Shown here piece after piece: positions 25,546-36,205 of a stretch of DNA of 64,000 nucleotides. The first letter of the stretch is position 1, and each line of letters opens with the position of its first letter. Below the pieces are notes generated by a model that was given only the letters and a program-made list of their open reading frames with translations, searched no databases and was not told where the DNA came from. The translations under genes and the position numbers were made by a program. Source of the DNA: Candidatus Binatia bacterium (GTDB taxonomy: Bacteria > Desulfobacterota > Binatia > UBA9968); NCBI GenBank assembly GCA_036390135.1, contig DASWCL010000294.1, positions 11,711 to 75,710 of the forward strand. Reading direction: 5' to 3'.

Positions 25546-25573
25546 GGAGGCGGTCCGACCGCCTCCTTTTTTT
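25546..25573 (+). terminator. intrinsic terminator/attenuator hairpin between rpsG and fusA
   Basis: GGAGGCGGTC-c-GACCGCCTCC perfect stem followed by TTTTTTT, 15 nt before the fusA ATG. Confidence 0.55.
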
Positions 25574-25587
25574 CCGCGCAGAGACAA

Positions 25588-27684
25588 ATGGCACGAACTT
25601 TTTCACTAGAGAAGACCCGCAACATCGGGATTATGGCGCACATTGACGCGGGCAAAACGACGACCAGTGAGCGGATCCTGTATTACACCGGGATTAATTA
25701 TAAGATCGGTGAAGTGCACGAGGGGACCGCGACCATGGATTGGATGGTGCAGGAGCAGGAGCGTGGCATCACGATTACTTCTGCGGCAACCACTTGTCAT
25801 TGGCGCGATCATCGAGTCAATATTATTGACACTCCCGGGCACGTCGATTTCACCATCGAGGTGGAGCGCTCACTGCGCGTACTGGACGGCGCGGTGGCGG
25901 TATTTTGTTCGGTCGGTGGCGTCGAGCCGCAAACCGAAACCGTGTGGAGGCAGGCCGACAAATACGCCGTGCCCCGTTTGGCATTCGTCAACAAGATGGA
26001 TCGCCTGGGCGCGGATTTCTTTCGCGTGGCGAAAATGATCGAAGACAGATTAGGAGCACGCCCGGCGATACTGCAGCTGCCGATCGGCGCGGAAGAAAAG
26101 TTCACCGGTATCGTCGATCTGGTGACCATGAAGGCGGTGGTGTGGGAAGACGAAAGTCTTGGCGCCAAATTTCACGAAGAGCCGATTCCGTCAGCACTGC
26201 AGACGCAGGCCGAGGAATACCGGGAAAAGCTCGTCGAAGCCGCCGCCGATTGCGACGAAGGCATAATGGTTAAATATCTCGATGGCAAAGAGATCGGCGA
26301 AGCGGAGCTGCGCAAAGCGATTCGCGCCGGCACTTTGTCGCTTAGGATTGTCCCGATGCTATGCGGCTCGGCGTTTCGCAACAAAGGCGTTCAGCCGATG
26401 CTCGACGCGGTGGTAGACTACCTGCCGTCGCCGATGGATATTCCTCCGGTTAAAGGGGTTGAGCCGGGAACCACCACGCCGGCAGAGCGGCCTGCGAAAG
26501 ATGACGCGCCCTTTTCCGCTCTTGCGTTTAAGATCATGACCGATCCTTTTGTCGGCACTCTGACGTTTTTCCGTGTTTACTCCGGCACGCTCACTTCCGG
26601 CTCCAGTGTCTATAATTCCACCAAAAGCAAAAGAGAACGGATCGGCCGCTTGCTCAAGATGCACGCCAACAAGCGCGAGGAGATCAAAGAAGTGTACGCC
26701 GGTGATATCGCCGCCGCCGTCGGGTTAAAAACGTCGACCACGGGCGATACCTTGTGCGATGAAAACAAACCGATCGTTTTGGAGTCGATCGATTTTCCTG
26801 ACCCGGTTATTTCGATTGCGATCGAACCGAAAAGCAAGGCGGATCAGGAAAGGCTCGGTTTATCGCTGCAAAAGCTCGCCGCCGAAGATCCGTCCTTCAA
26901 AGTCCGCACCGACGAAGAAACCGGCCAAACGATTATTTCCGGCATGGGCGAGCTGCATCTTGAGATCATCGTTGACCGCCTTCTTCGCGAGTTCAACGTC
27001 GGCGCTAATGTCGGCAGACCGCAGGTGGCATACAAGGAAACCATTCGCAAGAAAGTTGAACAGCAAGGCCGGTTCGTCCGCCAGACCGGCGGCCGCGGCC
27101 AGTACGGCGACGTTTGGATTACCGTCGAGCCGCAGCAACCAGGTGGCGGTTTCGAATTCGTCGACGCCGTCAAGGGAGGTTCGATCCCTAGGGAATACAT
27201 TTCCGCTGTAGAGAAAGGCGTCAAAGAGGCCACCGAGAACGGCGCGCTCGCGGGTTATCCCGTGGTCGATGTCAAAGTTACTTTGTTTGACGGCAGCTAC
27301 CATGACGTTGACTCCTCTGAAATCGCTTTCAAGATCGCCGGCTCCATGGCGTTTAAGCAGGCAACCCGCAAGGCCAGTCCGGTGCTGCTCGAACCGATCA
27401 TGTCCGTGGAAGTCGTCGTGCCTGAAGAGTTTATGGGCGATGTGATCGGTGATCTGAGTTCGCGCCGGGGCAAAGTATTAGGCATGGACACCCGTCCGGC
27501 CGCACAGGCCATCGATGCGCGCGTACCGTTGGCGCAAATGTTCGGCTATGCGACCGATCTGCGGTCGATGACCCAAGGAAGAGCGACGTACACGATGCAG
27601 TTTTCCCATTATGAACCGGTTCCAGCGGCGGTCGCTGAAGGAATTGTCGCCAAGTTTGATGGCAAGTCGGATGATGATGTATGA
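25588..27684 (+). CDS. fusA: elongation factor G
   Basis: 698 aa; [19 protein letters not shown]-domain motifs plus domains II-V. Confidence 0.98.
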   Translation: MARTFSLEKTRNIGIMAHIDAGKTTTSERILYYTGINYKIGEVHEGTATMDWMVQEQERGITITSAATTCHWRDHRVNIIDTPGHVDFTIEVERSLRVLDGAVAVFCSVGGVEPQTETVWRQADKYAVPRLAFVNKMDRLGADFFRVAKMIEDRLGARPAILQLPIGAEEKFTGIVDLVTMKAVVWEDESLGAKFHEEPIPSALQTQAEEYREKLVEAAADCDEGIMVKYLDGKEIGEAELRKAIRAGTLSLRIVPMLCGSAFRNKGVQPMLDAVVDYLPSPMDIPPVKGVEPGTTTPAERPAKDDAPFSALAFKIMTDPFVGTLTFFRVYSGTLTSGSSVYNSTKSKRERIGRLLKMHANKREEIKEVYAGDIAAAVGLKTSTTGDTLCDENKPIVLESIDFPDPVISIAIEPKSKADQERLGLSLQKLAAEDPSFKVRTDEETGQTIISGMGELHLEIIVDRLLREFNVGANVGRPQVAYKETIRKKVEQQGRFVRQTGGRGQYGDVWITVEPQQPGGGFEFVDAVKGGSIPREYISAVEKGVKEATENGALAGYPVVDVKVTLFDGSYHDVDSSEIAFKIAGSMAFKQATRKASPVLLEPIMSVEVVVPEEFMGDVIGDLSSRRGKVLGMDTRPAAQAIDARVPLAQMFGYATDLRSMTQGRATYTMQFSHYEPVPAAVAEGIVAKFDGKSDDDV

Positions 27685-27989
27685 ACGAAAAGATTAGGAT
27701 TCGGCTGAAAGCCTATGACCACCGTGTGCTGGATCAGTCGGTGGGCGAGATTGTCGAGACCGTGAGGCGCACTGGCGGTCGGGTGGCGGGTCCGATTCCT
27801 CTGCCCACGAGAATCGAGAGATTTACCGTCAATCGTTCGCCTCACGTCGACAAAAAATCCCGAGATCAGTACGAAATTCGCACGCACAAGCGGCTCCTCG
27901 ATATTCTCGAGCCGACGCAACAAACGATCGATGCGCTGGGCAAGCTCGATATTGCGGCTGGCGTCGATGTCGAGATCAAGCTCCAGTGA
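27681..27989 (+). CDS. rpsJ: 30S ribosomal protein S10
   Basis: 102 aa; ATGA start/stop overlap with fusA (no tuf between fusA and rpsJ). Confidence 0.96.
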   Translation: MNEKIRIRLKAYDHRVLDQSVGEIVETVRRTGGRVAGPIPLPTRIERFTVNRSPHVDKKSRDQYEIRTHKRLLDILEPTQQTIDALGKLDIAAGVDVEIKLQ

Positions 27990-28034
27990 GGCGGAAAACG
28001 TTAGCTGGTCAATCGCACTGAACGGAACGGCAAT

Positions 28035-28667
28035 ATGACAGGACTGATTGGTAGAAAAATTGGCATGACGCAGTTCTACAATGCCGAGGGCAATCTGATT
28101 CCGGCCACGGTGGTTGAAACCGGCCCATGCATCGTGGTGCAAAAGAAACAGATGACGACGGACGGTTACAACGCACTCCAGGTCGGCTTCGGAACCAAGA
28201 AGACACAGCGGGTCAACAAAGCGGCGCAGGGTCATATGGCGAAAGCTGGCAAAGGCGCCTTCGAAGTGCTCAAAGAATTCCGCGTCGATGATGTGTCGTC
28301 CTACGAACTTGGTCAAGAGATCAAAGCCGGCGATCTCTTCAAAGTCGGCGATCGCATCGATGTTTCGGGGATTTCCAAGGGGCACGGCTTTACGGGCGTC
28401 ATCAAGCGTTGGTCTTTCGCCGGCTTTCCCGGTTCGCACGGTACGCACGAGTATTTTCGCCACGGTGGCTCGATCGGCAACCGGTCTTATCCCGGTCGCG
28501 TGCGCAAGGGCAAGAAAATGGCGGGCCATTGGGGCAATGAGCAAGTCTCCACGCAGAATCTGGAAGTCGTGGATATTCGCGCCGAGGAAAATTTGCTGCT
28601 GGTGCGCGGCGCAGTGCCCGGCGCAAAGCGCGGCGTCGTCATCCTGCGCCCGGCGATCAAAAGGTAA
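28035..28667 (+). CDS. rplC: 50S ribosomal protein L3
   Basis: 210 aa, L3 family. Confidence 0.96.
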   Translation: MTGLIGRKIGMTQFYNAEGNLIPATVVETGPCIVVQKKQMTTDGYNALQVGFGTKKTQRVNKAAQGHMAKAGKGAFEVLKEFRVDDVSSYELGQEIKAGDLFKVGDRIDVSGISKGHGFTGVIKRWSFAGFPGSHGTHEYFRHGGSIGNRSYPGRVRKGKKMAGHWGNEQVSTQNLEVVDIRAEENLLLVRGAVPGAKRGVVILRPAIKR

Positions 28668-28672
28668 GGACA

Positions 28673-29269
28673 ATGGAAGTTCACGTCATACAACCGACGC
28701 TTAACGAGTCGATCTTCGGTGCCAAGGCGCGCTCTCACTTGCTGCATCAAGCGGTGGTCATGCAGCTTGCCAATCGCCGCGCCGGCAGCGCGGCGACGAA
28801 ATCCAAGGGATTCGTCAGCGGCGGCGGCAAAAAACCGTGGCGCCAAAAAGGCACGGGACGTGCGCGGGCCGGCAGCATTCGCTCGCCGATCTGGGTCGGC
28901 GGCGGCACCGTGTTCGGCCCGCAACCACGAGATTACTCCTACCGTATGCCGCGCACGGCGCGGCGCGAGGCTTTGCTTTCGGCGCTCAGCCTTAAGAGTC
29001 GCGACGGCAAGATTATTGTTGTGGATAAGTTTGACCTTGAAGACGCCAAGACCAAGATCATGGTCAAGGCTTTGGCGGAGCTCAAAGTCGAGAGCGCGCT
29101 GATCGTCATTTCCGAGCCGGATCCGAAGATCGAGCGTTCCGCGCGCAATCTGCCGAAGGTCAAAGTGCTTCGCGTCGAGGGTTTGAACGTCTACGACTTG
29201 TTGCGCTACGAGCATCTAATTCTAACTGACCAAGCGCTGCGACGGTTGGAGGAGAGGTGGGCGGCATGA
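28673..29269 (+). CDS. rplD: 50S ribosomal protein L4
   Basis: 198 aa, L4 family. Confidence 0.95.
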   Translation: MEVHVIQPTLNESIFGAKARSHLLHQAVVMQLANRRAGSAATKSKGFVSGGGKKPWRQKGTGRARAGSIRSPIWVGGGTVFGPQPRDYSYRMPRTARREALLSALSLKSRDGKIIVVDKFDLEDAKTKIMVKALAELKVESALIVISEPDPKIERSARNLPKVKVLRVEGLNVYDLLRYEHLILTDQALRRLEERWAA

Positions 29270-29556
29270 AGAGCCCGCAAGATGTCATTCGAGCGCCGTT
29301 GATCTCGGAAAAAGGTACGCAGCTGACCGAGAGCGCGAATCAGGTTCTGTTCAAGGTGAGACCCGACGCTAACAAGATCGAAGTCAGACAGGCGGTGGAA
29401 ACGCTTTTTAAAGTTAAAGTCGTGCAAGTCCGCATGGCGCGCTACTTGGGCAAGATGCGCCGCATCGGCCGAAACATGGGACGGCGCTCCGATTGGAAGA
29501 AGGCTTACGTGACGCTTAAAGAGGGCGACAAGATCGACTTCTTCGGCGGCGCTTAG
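29266..29556 (+). CDS. rplW: 50S ribosomal protein L23 (start at MKSPQD, ATGA overlap with rplD stop)
   Basis: L23 family (...EKGTQL...KIEVRQAVETLFKVKV...). Confidence 0.9.
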   Translation: MKSPQDVIRAPLISEKGTQLTESANQVLFKVRPDANKIEVRQAVETLFKVKVVQVRMARYLGKMRRIGRNMGRRSDWKKAYVTLKEGDKIDFFGGA

Positions 29557-29584
29557 AAAATAGCAAAATAAAGAGACCAAACAA

Positions 29585-30412
29585 ATGGCGATCAAGACTT
29601 ACAAGCCGACCTCTGCCGGCATGCGCTTTCGCACCGGACTGACATTCGATGAGGTCACGAAGGCTCGGCCGGAAAAAGGTTTGCGCGAGCGGCTTAATCA
29701 TAGTGGCGGGCGCAACAACACCGGCCGTATCACCGCGGATCACCGGGGTGGCGGTCACAAGCGGCTGTATCGCGTGATCGATTTCAAACGTAACAAGTTT
29801 AACGTCCCGGCGAAGGTCGAGTCGATCGAATATGATCCAAATCGTTCGGCGCGGATCGCTTTGCTCAGTTATGCCGATGGCGAGCGGCGCTACATTCTCG
29901 CGCCCGAGCGCTTGCAGGTGGGAGGTTCGGTCATTGCCGGCGATGACAATGTCGATATTCAGCCGGGTAATTCCATGCCGCTTAAATTCATTCCGGTCGG
30001 CACCGTGATCCATAACATCGAGCTCAAGATCGGCAAAGGTGGACAGTTGGTGCGCAGCGCCGGACTGGGCGCCCAACTGATGGCGAAGGAAGGCACCTAT
30101 GCATTGGTGAAGCTTCCCTCGGGCGAGTTGCGTTATGTCCTTGCCGATTGTCGGGCGACGGTGGGCCAAGTCGGTAACGCCGATCAGGAAAATATTTCCT
30201 GGGGCAAAGCAGGCAGAACGCGCTGGTTGGGTTTTCGACCGACGACCCGCGGCATCGCAAAAAATCCGGTCGATCATCCGCATGGCGGCGGCGAAGGCAG
30301 ATCCAAGGGAAATCATCCGATGACGCCGTGGGGCAAGCCGACCAAAGGCTATAAAACCAGAAAAAATCACGGCTCGGACAAATATATCGTTCAAGGGAGA
30401 AAGGGTAGGTAG
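29585..30412 (+). CDS. rplB: 50S ribosomal protein L2
   Basis: 275 aa, L2 family. Confidence 0.97.
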   Translation: MAIKTYKPTSAGMRFRTGLTFDEVTKARPEKGLRERLNHSGGRNNTGRITADHRGGGHKRLYRVIDFKRNKFNVPAKVESIEYDPNRSARIALLSYADGERRYILAPERLQVGGSVIAGDDNVDIQPGNSMPLKFIPVGTVIHNIELKIGKGGQLVRSAGLGAQLMAKEGTYALVKLPSGELRYVLADCRATVGQVGNADQENISWGKAGRTRWLGFRPTTRGIAKNPVDHPHGGGEGRSKGNHPMTPWGKPTKGYKTRKNHGSDKYIVQGRKGR

Positions 30413-30414
30413 CG

Positions 30415-30777
30415 ATGGCGCGTTCGGTCAAAAAGGGGCCTTTTGTCGACCAACATTTGATAAAAAAAATTCTCGCGATGAATACGTCGCGTCAAAAGCA
30501 AGTCGTTCGGACTTGGTCGCGGCGTTCGACGGTGACACCGGAAATGGTCGGATATACCATCGGCGTACATAACGGCAGGAAGTTTATTCCGGTTTTCGTC
30601 AGCGAAAATATGGTGGGTCATAAGCTCGGCGAATTTGCCCCGACGCGGACTTTTTATGCTCACTCGGGTGACCGAAAAGCCGAGGCCAAAGAAACTACCG
30701 GCGCCCCTGTGTCGGCGCCGGGAGCAGCGCCGCGGCCGGCAGCAGCGCCAGCACCAGCACCAGCACCGAAAGCATGA
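30415..30777 (+). CDS. rpsS: 30S ribosomal protein S19 with ~28-aa Ala/Pro-rich C-terminal extension
   Basis: S19 core ...[13 protein letters not shown], then ...[28 protein letters not shown] encoded by GCACCA-type repeats; 120 aa versus the usual ~92. Confidence 0.9.
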   Translation: MARSVKKGPFVDQHLIKKILAMNTSRQKQVVRTWSRRSTVTPEMVGYTIGVHNGRKFIPVFVSENMVGHKLGEFAPTRTFYAHSGDRKAEAKETTGAPVSAPGAAPRPAAAPAPAPAPKA

Positions 30778-30844
30778 TGAGGGGAGTCTAGCTCGTTTGG
30801 AAACGCAGATCGGGTTTGACCGCTTTGCCCGAGTTAACGAAATT

Positions 30845-31189
30845 ATGGAAACACGCGCGATCACAAAATTCATCCGAGTCTCACCGCGAAAGGTTCGCCT
30901 GGTGGTGGATCAGATTCGCGGCAAGGGCGTCGAGGAAGCCTTGAACATTCTCAAGTTCACCCCCAAACGCTCCGCAGGGATTGTAGCGAAGACCGTGCGC
31001 ACCGCGGTCGCAAACGCCGAAAACACGCAGAGCGTCGATGTCGATCGCCTATTCATCAAGCAGGCGAAGGTCGACGAGGCTGGCATGTGGAAGCGCTTTA
31101 CTTCACGGGCTCAAGGGCGGGCGACCCGTGTACGCAAACGGCTCAGCCATGTGACCATTGTCCTCGATGAAGCTCAGGAGAGGAGTTAG
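30845..31189 (+). CDS. rplV: 50S ribosomal protein L22 (true start internal to the 30635 ORF)
   Basis: METRAITKFIRVSPRKVRLVVDQIRGKGVEEAL...; the upstream part of the ORF overlaps the rpsS tail in another frame. Confidence 0.9.
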   Translation: METRAITKFIRVSPRKVRLVVDQIRGKGVEEALNILKFTPKRSAGIVAKTVRTAVANAENTQSVDVDRLFIKQAKVDEAGMWKRFTSRAQGRATRVRKRLSHVTIVLDEAQERS

Positions 31190-31195
31190 CGCCTG

Positions 31196-31858
31196 ATGGG
31201 TCAGAAAACACATCCCAAATTGTTTCGTCTCGGCGTGATCGAGTCCTGGGATTCAAAATGGTTCGCGCGCCACGATTATCCCAAGCTGCTTCATGAAGAT
31301 TTTCGCATCACGAAGTTTTTGAAGAGTCGGCTCTATCACGCGGGAATCTCGCGCATCGAGATCGAAAGAGCGGCCAACAAAGCAAAGATCAATATCCACA
31401 CGGCGCGCCCCGGCATCGTCATCGGCAAAAAAGGCGCGGAGATCGAAAAACTCAAAGAGGAAATCACCAAGCTCACCAAGCGGGAAACCTACATCAACAT
31501 TCACGAAGTCAGGCGCCCGGATCTTGATGGCCAGTTAGCCGCGGAAAACGTCGCCTTGCAATTAGAGCGCCGCGTCGCTTTTCGCCGCGCCATGAAAGAA
31601 AGCGTGTCGCGCGCCATGCGGATGGGAGCGCAGGGTGTGAGAATCCAATCGGCCGGCCGGTTGGGAGGTTCCGAGATTGCCCGCACCGAATGGTATCGAG
31701 AAGGACGCGTGCCGCTGCATACGCTCAGAGCTGATATCAGTTACGGCTTCGCCGAGGCGCGCACCACCTACGGCGTGATCGGCGTTAAGGTCTGGATTTT
31801 TAGAGGCGAGGTTTTGACTGAAGAAGAAGAGCAGCAGAAGGCGATGTTGGGCGGCTGA
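31196..31858 (+). CDS. rpsC: 30S ribosomal protein S3
   Basis: 220 aa, KH domain plus S3 C-terminal domain. Confidence 0.97.
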   Translation: MGQKTHPKLFRLGVIESWDSKWFARHDYPKLLHEDFRITKFLKSRLYHAGISRIEIERAANKAKINIHTARPGIVIGKKGAEIEKLKEEITKLTKRETYINIHEVRRPDLDGQLAAENVALQLERRVAFRRAMKESVSRAMRMGAQGVRIQSAGRLGGSEIARTEWYREGRVPLHTLRADISYGFAEARTTYGVIGVKVWIFRGEVLTEEEEQQKAMLGG

Positions 31859-31899
31859 CCCGTCCGGCATTGGAGCCAAAGAATCGACAGTGAGCAAAA

Positions 31900-32325
31900 A
31901 TGTTAGAACCCAAAAAAGTAAAATATCGGAAATTGCAAAAAGGCCGCCGTCGCGGGACGGCGCATCGCGGCTCGACTTTGGCGTTTGGCGATTTTGGCCT
32001 CAAGGCGATCGGGCGCGGCTGGATGAGCGCGCGAGAGATCGAGGCGGCGCGCGTCGCGCTCACTCGTTATCTCAAACGCGGCGGCAAGGTATGGATTCGC
32101 ATTTTTCCCGATAAACCCCTGACCAAGAAGCCGCTGGAAACTCGTATGGGAAAAGGTAAAGGAGCTCCGGAAATGTGGGTCGCCGTGGTCCAGCCGGGAC
32201 GCATTCTCTTCGAGATGGAAGGCGTCGAGGGAACTCTGGCCAAGGAAGCGTTTCGTTTAGCTGCGCATAAGCTATCGATCCCGACAATCACGGTGCAGCG
32301 CGGGAAGGTGTCCCATGGAAGCTAA
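31900..32325 (+). CDS. rplP: 50S ribosomal protein L16
   Basis: 141 aa, L16 family. Confidence 0.97.
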   Translation: MLEPKKVKYRKLQKGRRRGTAHRGSTLAFGDFGLKAIGRGWMSAREIEAARVALTRYLKRGGKVWIRIFPDKPLTKKPLETRMGKGKGAPEMWVAVVQPGRILFEMEGVEGTLAKEAFRLAAHKLSIPTITVQRGKVSHGS

Positions 32326-32518
32326 GGAGTTGCGCGAGATGAGCACCGAAGATTTGGTTCAGAAACGGGCGTCTTTGCACGAGGAAATCGGCCATTTGAA
32401 GCTTAAACGCGCCACCAGCCGCTTGGAGAATCCGATGAAGCTCAAAGAGTCAAAGCGCGACCTCGCCCGCGTCGAAACCGTGTTGCGTGAAAAAACACCC
32501 CAGAGTCAGAGAGGATGA
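32315..32518 (+). CDS. rpmC: 50S ribosomal protein L29
   Basis: 67 aa, [24 protein letters not shown]. Confidence 0.9.
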   Translation: MEAKELREMSTEDLVQKRASLHEEIGHLKLKRATSRLENPMKLKESKRDLARVETVLREKTPQSQRG

Positions 32519-32817
32519 CCATGAACAGCCCCGGGTTGAGAAAAGAACGAAGCGGAACCGTGGTCAGCGACCGTATGCAAAAGACCGTCGTGGTTACCGT
32601 AGAACGGACCGTGACCCATCCGAAATATAAAAAGATCCTGCGCCGGCGCAGCAATGTCAAGGCGCACGACGAGACGAATCAGTGTCGAATCGGCGATCGA
32701 GTATTGATCGTCGAGTGTCGTCCGCTCAGTCGGGACAAGCGATGGCGGGTCAGTAAAATTCTGCAGCACGGCCTGGTGACACGAGAAGGGTCCGAAGGGG
32801 CGGGAAGCGTAGGCTGA
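32515..32817 (+). CDS. rpsQ: 30S ribosomal protein S17 (with ~14-aa C-terminal extension)
   Basis: S17 family; ATGA overlap with rpmC. Confidence 0.93.
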   Translation: MTMNSPGLRKERSGTVVSDRMQKTVVVTVERTVTHPKYKKILRRRSNVKAHDETNQCRIGDRVLIVECRPLSRDKRWRVSKILQHGLVTREGSEGAGSVG

Positions 32818-32842
32818 CGCCAGGGTGGTTGAGGTTTGATTC

Positions 32843-33211
32843 ATGATCCAGATGCGAACGACATTAGATGTGGCCGACAACTCCGGCGCCCGACGTGTGC
32901 AGTGCATCAAAGTCTTGGGCGGCAGCAAACGCAAATATGCCTCCATCGGCGACATCATCGTGGTCTCCGTTAAAGAGGCGATTCCGAACGGCAAAGTGAA
33001 AAAAGGCGATGTGATGAAAGCCGTTGTGGTGCGCACGGCCAAGGAGCTGGGGCGACCCGACGGTACCTATATTCGGTTCGACAACAACTCGGCGGTATTG
33101 ATCGACAACCAAAAGGAGCCGATTGGGACGCGCATCTTCGGCCCCGTGGCGCGTGAGCTCAGGGCAAAGAAATTCATGAAGATTATTTCTCTCGCGCCGG
33201 AAGTGATTTAG
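32843..33211 (+). CDS. rplN: 50S ribosomal protein L14
   Basis: 122 aa, [18 protein letters not shown]. Confidence 0.97.
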   Translation: MIQMRTTLDVADNSGARRVQCIKVLGGSKRKYASIGDIIVVSVKEAIPNGKVKKGDVMKAVVVRTAKELGRPDGTYIRFDNNSAVLIDNQKEPIGTRIFGPVARELRAKKFMKIISLAPEVI

Positions 33212-33235
33212 TCGAAAGTCGAGGAAAAGTGGCTC

Positions 33236-33547
33236 GTGCAGATTCGTAAAAACGACAGCGTCATGGTGATCGGCGGCAAAGAACGGGGTAAGACGGGCAA
33301 GGTGCTCCGGGTGCTGCTGGACAAGGACGCGGTCATCATCGAACGGCTCAATATCGTCAAGCGGCATACCAAGCCGCGCGGTCCACAACAGCCCGGTGGG
33401 ATTGTCGAAAAGGAGGCGGCCATCCATGCCTCCAATATCATGATCCTATGTGACAAATGTAACGCGCCGGTGCGCGTCGGGAGAAAGATCCTCGCCGACG
33501 GAAAAAAAATCCGCATCTGCCGGCGTTGCAACGAAGCTTTGGACTAG
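33236..33547 (+). CDS. rplX: 50S ribosomal protein L24 (KOW) with C-terminal CxxC...CxxC motif
   Basis: [23 protein letters not shown]... KOW region; C-terminus ...[35 protein letters not shown]. Confidence 0.9.
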   Translation: MQIRKNDSVMVIGGKERGKTGKVLRVLLDKDAVIIERLNIVKRHTKPRGPQQPGGIVEKEAAIHASNIMILCDKCNAPVRVGRKILADGKKIRICRRCNEALD

Positions 33548-33560
33548 TGGTGCGAGGATT

Positions 33561-34100
33561 ATGGCACGATTGAAAACGAAATATCAGAACGACGTCGTCC
33601 CCGCGATGATGAAGGAGTTCAGCTACAAGAACTCCATGCAAGTGCCGCGACTGGAGAAGATCACTTTGAATGTCGGCGTGGGCGAAGCCACGCAGAATGC
33701 CAAGGCGATAGATTCCACGGTTGCCGAGGTCACATTAATTACCGGCCAAAGACCAGTCGTGACACGGGCAAAGAAGGCCATTGCTAATTTCAAGCTGCGC
33801 GAAGGCATGCCGATCGGTTGCATGGTCACGCTGCGCCGCGAGCGCATGTACGAATTCCTCGACCGCTTGATTCATGTGGCGCTGCCGCGGGTGCGCGATT
33901 TCAAAGGGGTGTCGGACCGCTCGTTTGACGGCCGAGGTAACTATTCAATGGGCTTACGCGAGCAGATCATTTTTCCGGAAATTCACGCGGACAAGGTTGA
34001 AAAGACGCGCGGGATGACGATCACGATCGCAACCACGGCGAAAACGGACCAGGAAGGTCGAGCGCTGCTCAAGCTGATGGGCATACCGTTCGCCGCTTAG
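33561..34100 (+). CDS. rplE: 50S ribosomal protein L5 (true start internal to the 33450 ORF)
   Basis: [20 protein letters not shown]..., L5 family. Confidence 0.93.
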   Translation: MARLKTKYQNDVVPAMMKEFSYKNSMQVPRLEKITLNVGVGEATQNAKAIDSTVAEVTLITGQRPVVTRAKKAIANFKLREGMPIGCMVTLRRERMYEFLDRLIHVALPRVRDFKGVSDRSFDGRGNYSMGLREQIIFPEIHADKVEKTRGMTITIATTAKTDQEGRALLKLMGIPFAA

Positions 34101-34118
34101 CAGAGAGGGAGACTGCCA

Positions 34119-34304
34119 TTGGCCAAGACATGTCTGCGAATTAAGGCTGAAAGGCCGAATAAGTTCAAAGTTCGGGAATACCATCGCTGTCCGCTTTGCG
34201 GCCGTTCACGGGCTTTTTATCGCCGCTTTCGGATGTGCCGGCTTTGCCTGCGCGATCACGCGCGCAAGGGACATATTCCCGGACTGATTAAAGCTAGCTG
34301 GTAA
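34119..34304 (+). CDS. rpsN: 30S ribosomal protein S14 type Z (zinc-binding, 61 aa)
   Basis: CPLCGRSRAFYRRFRMCRLC four-Cys motif, short type-Z length. Confidence 0.95.
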   Translation: MAKTCLRIKAERPNKFKVREYHRCPLCGRSRAFYRRFRMCRLCLRDHARKGHIPGLIKASW

Positions 34305-34320
34305 GCTCGGGAGAGAAATT

Positions 34321-34725
34321 ATGGGAATGACCGATCCAATTGCAGATCTGCTGACCCGCATCCGCAACGCCTCGCGCGCGCGCCACCAGAGAGTCGCGGT
34401 GCCGTGGTCGCGCTTGAAAGAGAACATCGTCAAAATTCTGATCGAGGAAGGTTATCTAAAAGATCAAAAGAAAGTCAAAGCTGCGATTGGTGGTGGCGAC
34501 GAAATCGTCATCCAGCTCAAGTTCGACCGCGAGAATCGGCCGATCATATCGGGCTTGAAACGCGTGAGCTCACCGGGGCGCCGGGTATATGTCGGCTCGA
34601 CCGATTTGGCGCCGGTTCGTAAAGGTTTGGGGATTCATGTGCTCTCGACACCGAATGGCATTTTGGTTGATCGGGTAGCGCAGAAGGCAAAGATCGGTGG
34701 GGAACTTCTTTGTTCTGTGTGGTAG
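34321..34725 (+). CDS. rpsH: 30S ribosomal protein S8
   Basis: 134 aa, MTDPIADLLTRIRNA. Confidence 0.96.
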   Translation: MGMTDPIADLLTRIRNASRARHQRVAVPWSRLKENIVKILIEEGYLKDQKKVKAAIGGGDEIVIQLKFDRENRPIISGLKRVSSPGRRVYVGSTDLAPVRKGLGIHVLSTPNGILVDRVAQKAKIGGELLCSVW

Positions 34726-34743
34726 TCTGATTCGAGGTAACAC

Positions 34744-35295
34744 GTGTCACGCATCGGAAAATTACCGGTAACGATTCCCACGGGCGTCAAGGTTGCGGTC
34801 GACTCGGACGGCGTTCGCTTTGAAGGGCCGAAAGGCAAACTGCAAGCCGCGCTTCCCGGTGGCGTCAATGTCAAAGTCGACGGCAACGTGGTGCGCGTCG
34901 AGCGCCAGGCCGAAGATCGGAAGATTCGCGCCCTGCACGGGCTTACCCGCAAACTGATCGCCAACATGGCACAGGGCGTCAGCCAGGGATTCAATCGCGT
35001 GCTCGACATCAACGGCGTCGGTTACCGTGCCGAAGTCAAAGGTCAGGAAATCCACATGACCTTGGGTTATTCTCATCCGGTGGTTTTCCCGCTGCCGCTG
35101 GGAGTGACCGCGTCGGTCGAGCGCCAAATTATCATCACCTTAAACAGCGCCGATCGGCAGCTGTTGGGTGAGACGGCCGCGAAAATTCGCGCGCTCAGGC
35201 CGCCCGAGCCGTACAAAGGCAAAGGCATCAAGTATCGTGAAGAGTTTATCAAGCGCAAGGCCGGTAAAGCGGTGGGTTCAGCTGGCGGGAAGTAA
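34744..35295 (+). CDS. rplF: 50S ribosomal protein L6 (GTG start)
   Basis: 183 aa, SRIGKLPVTIPTGVKV. Confidence 0.95.
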   Translation: MSRIGKLPVTIPTGVKVAVDSDGVRFEGPKGKLQAALPGGVNVKVDGNVVRVERQAEDRKIRALHGLTRKLIANMAQGVSQGFNRVLDINGVGYRAEVKGQEIHMTLGYSHPVVFPLPLGVTASVERQIIITLNSADRQLLGETAAKIRALRPPEPYKGKGIKYREEFIKRKAGKAVGSAGGK

Positions 35296-35312
35296 GGCGT
35301 TGAGGATTAGAC

Positions 35313-35678
35313 ATGGCGAATAAACGAGGAGATATCGCAAGGCAACGCCGCAAGGCGCGAGTTCGCCAGACCGTCGTGGGCACGGACGCGCGCCCGCGGG
35401 TTTGCGTGTTTCGTAGCCATAAGCATATTTATGCTCAAGTGATCTCCGATGCGCAGGGAAAAACTTTGGCATCGGTGTCGACGCTCGCCGGCGAACTCGT
35501 CCAAGCGAAGGAAAAAAGCAAAGGGGTTGGCGCGGCCAAACAGGTCGGGCTCGCGCTCGCCAAGGCGTGCAAGGAAAAAAATATTAATACAGTCGTTTTC
35601 GACCGCAATGGTTTTCTGTTTCACGGACGCGTAAAGGCTTTGGCCGACGGCGCCCGCGAGGGCGGATTGGAATTTTGA
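35313..35678 (+). CDS. rplR: 50S ribosomal protein L18
   Basis: 121 aa, L18 family. Confidence 0.95.
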   Translation: MANKRGDIARQRRKARVRQTVVGTDARPRVCVFRSHKHIYAQVISDAQGKTLASVSTLAGELVQAKEKSKGVGAAKQVGLALAKACKEKNINTVVFDRNGFLFHGRVKALADGAREGGLEF

Positions 35679-35699
35679 TGGTAGCTCGCGAAACGAGAG

Positions 35700-36203
35700 G
35701 TGGCTTTGGAACGGATTGATCCGCAGGGCTTAGAGCTCAAAGAAAAAGTAGTTCACATCAGCCGGGTGGCCAAGGTCGTCAAAGGCGGTCGGCGCTTTAG
35801 CTTCAGCGCGCTCATTGTCGTCGGCGACAGCCGCTCGCTGGTTGGCTACGGGATGGGTAAAGCGAACGAAGTGCCGGAGGCGATCCGCAAGGGCTTAGAG
35901 CAAGCGAAGAAAAGCTTGATACGCGTGCCTGTCAAGGACGGCACGATTCCGTTTGAAGTGATCGGCCGATACGGCGCCGGCTACGTGATCCTCAAGCCGG
36001 CATCTGAGGGCACCGGTGTGATCGCTGGCGGTGGCGTGCGCGCGGTGGTCGAGGCCTCCGGAATCCAAAACGTTTTGACCAAGTGCATCGGCTCCAATAA
36101 CCCGCATAACATGGTCAAGGCGACGATCGAAGCCCTGCGCGAGCTACGCGCGCCGGAAGAGATCGCTGAACGGCGCGGCAAAGTTTTAGCGGAGATTCGT
36201 TAA
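35700..36203 (+). CDS. rpsE: 30S ribosomal protein S5
   Basis: 167 aa, S5 family. Confidence 0.96.
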   Translation: MALERIDPQGLELKEKVVHISRVAKVVKGGRRFSFSALIVVGDSRSLVGYGMGKANEVPEAIRKGLEQAKKSLIRVPVKDGTIPFEVIGRYGAGYVILKPASEGTGVIAGGGVRAVVEASGIQNVLTKCIGSNNPHNMVKATIEALRELRAPEEIAERRGKVLAEIR

Positions 36204-36205
36204 AC

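Noticed and set aside
27609-28673. 354-aa ORF on the minus strand
   Set aside because: Lies antisense to rpsJ/rplC. High GC content gives long stop-free antisense frames, and the sequence has no recognisable similarity.
30700-30777. GCACCA/GCGCCG tandem repeats considered as a possible microsatellite or CRISPR-like repeat
   Set aside because: The repeats are in frame within rpsS and encode the Ala/Pro tail. No spacer-repeat architecture.
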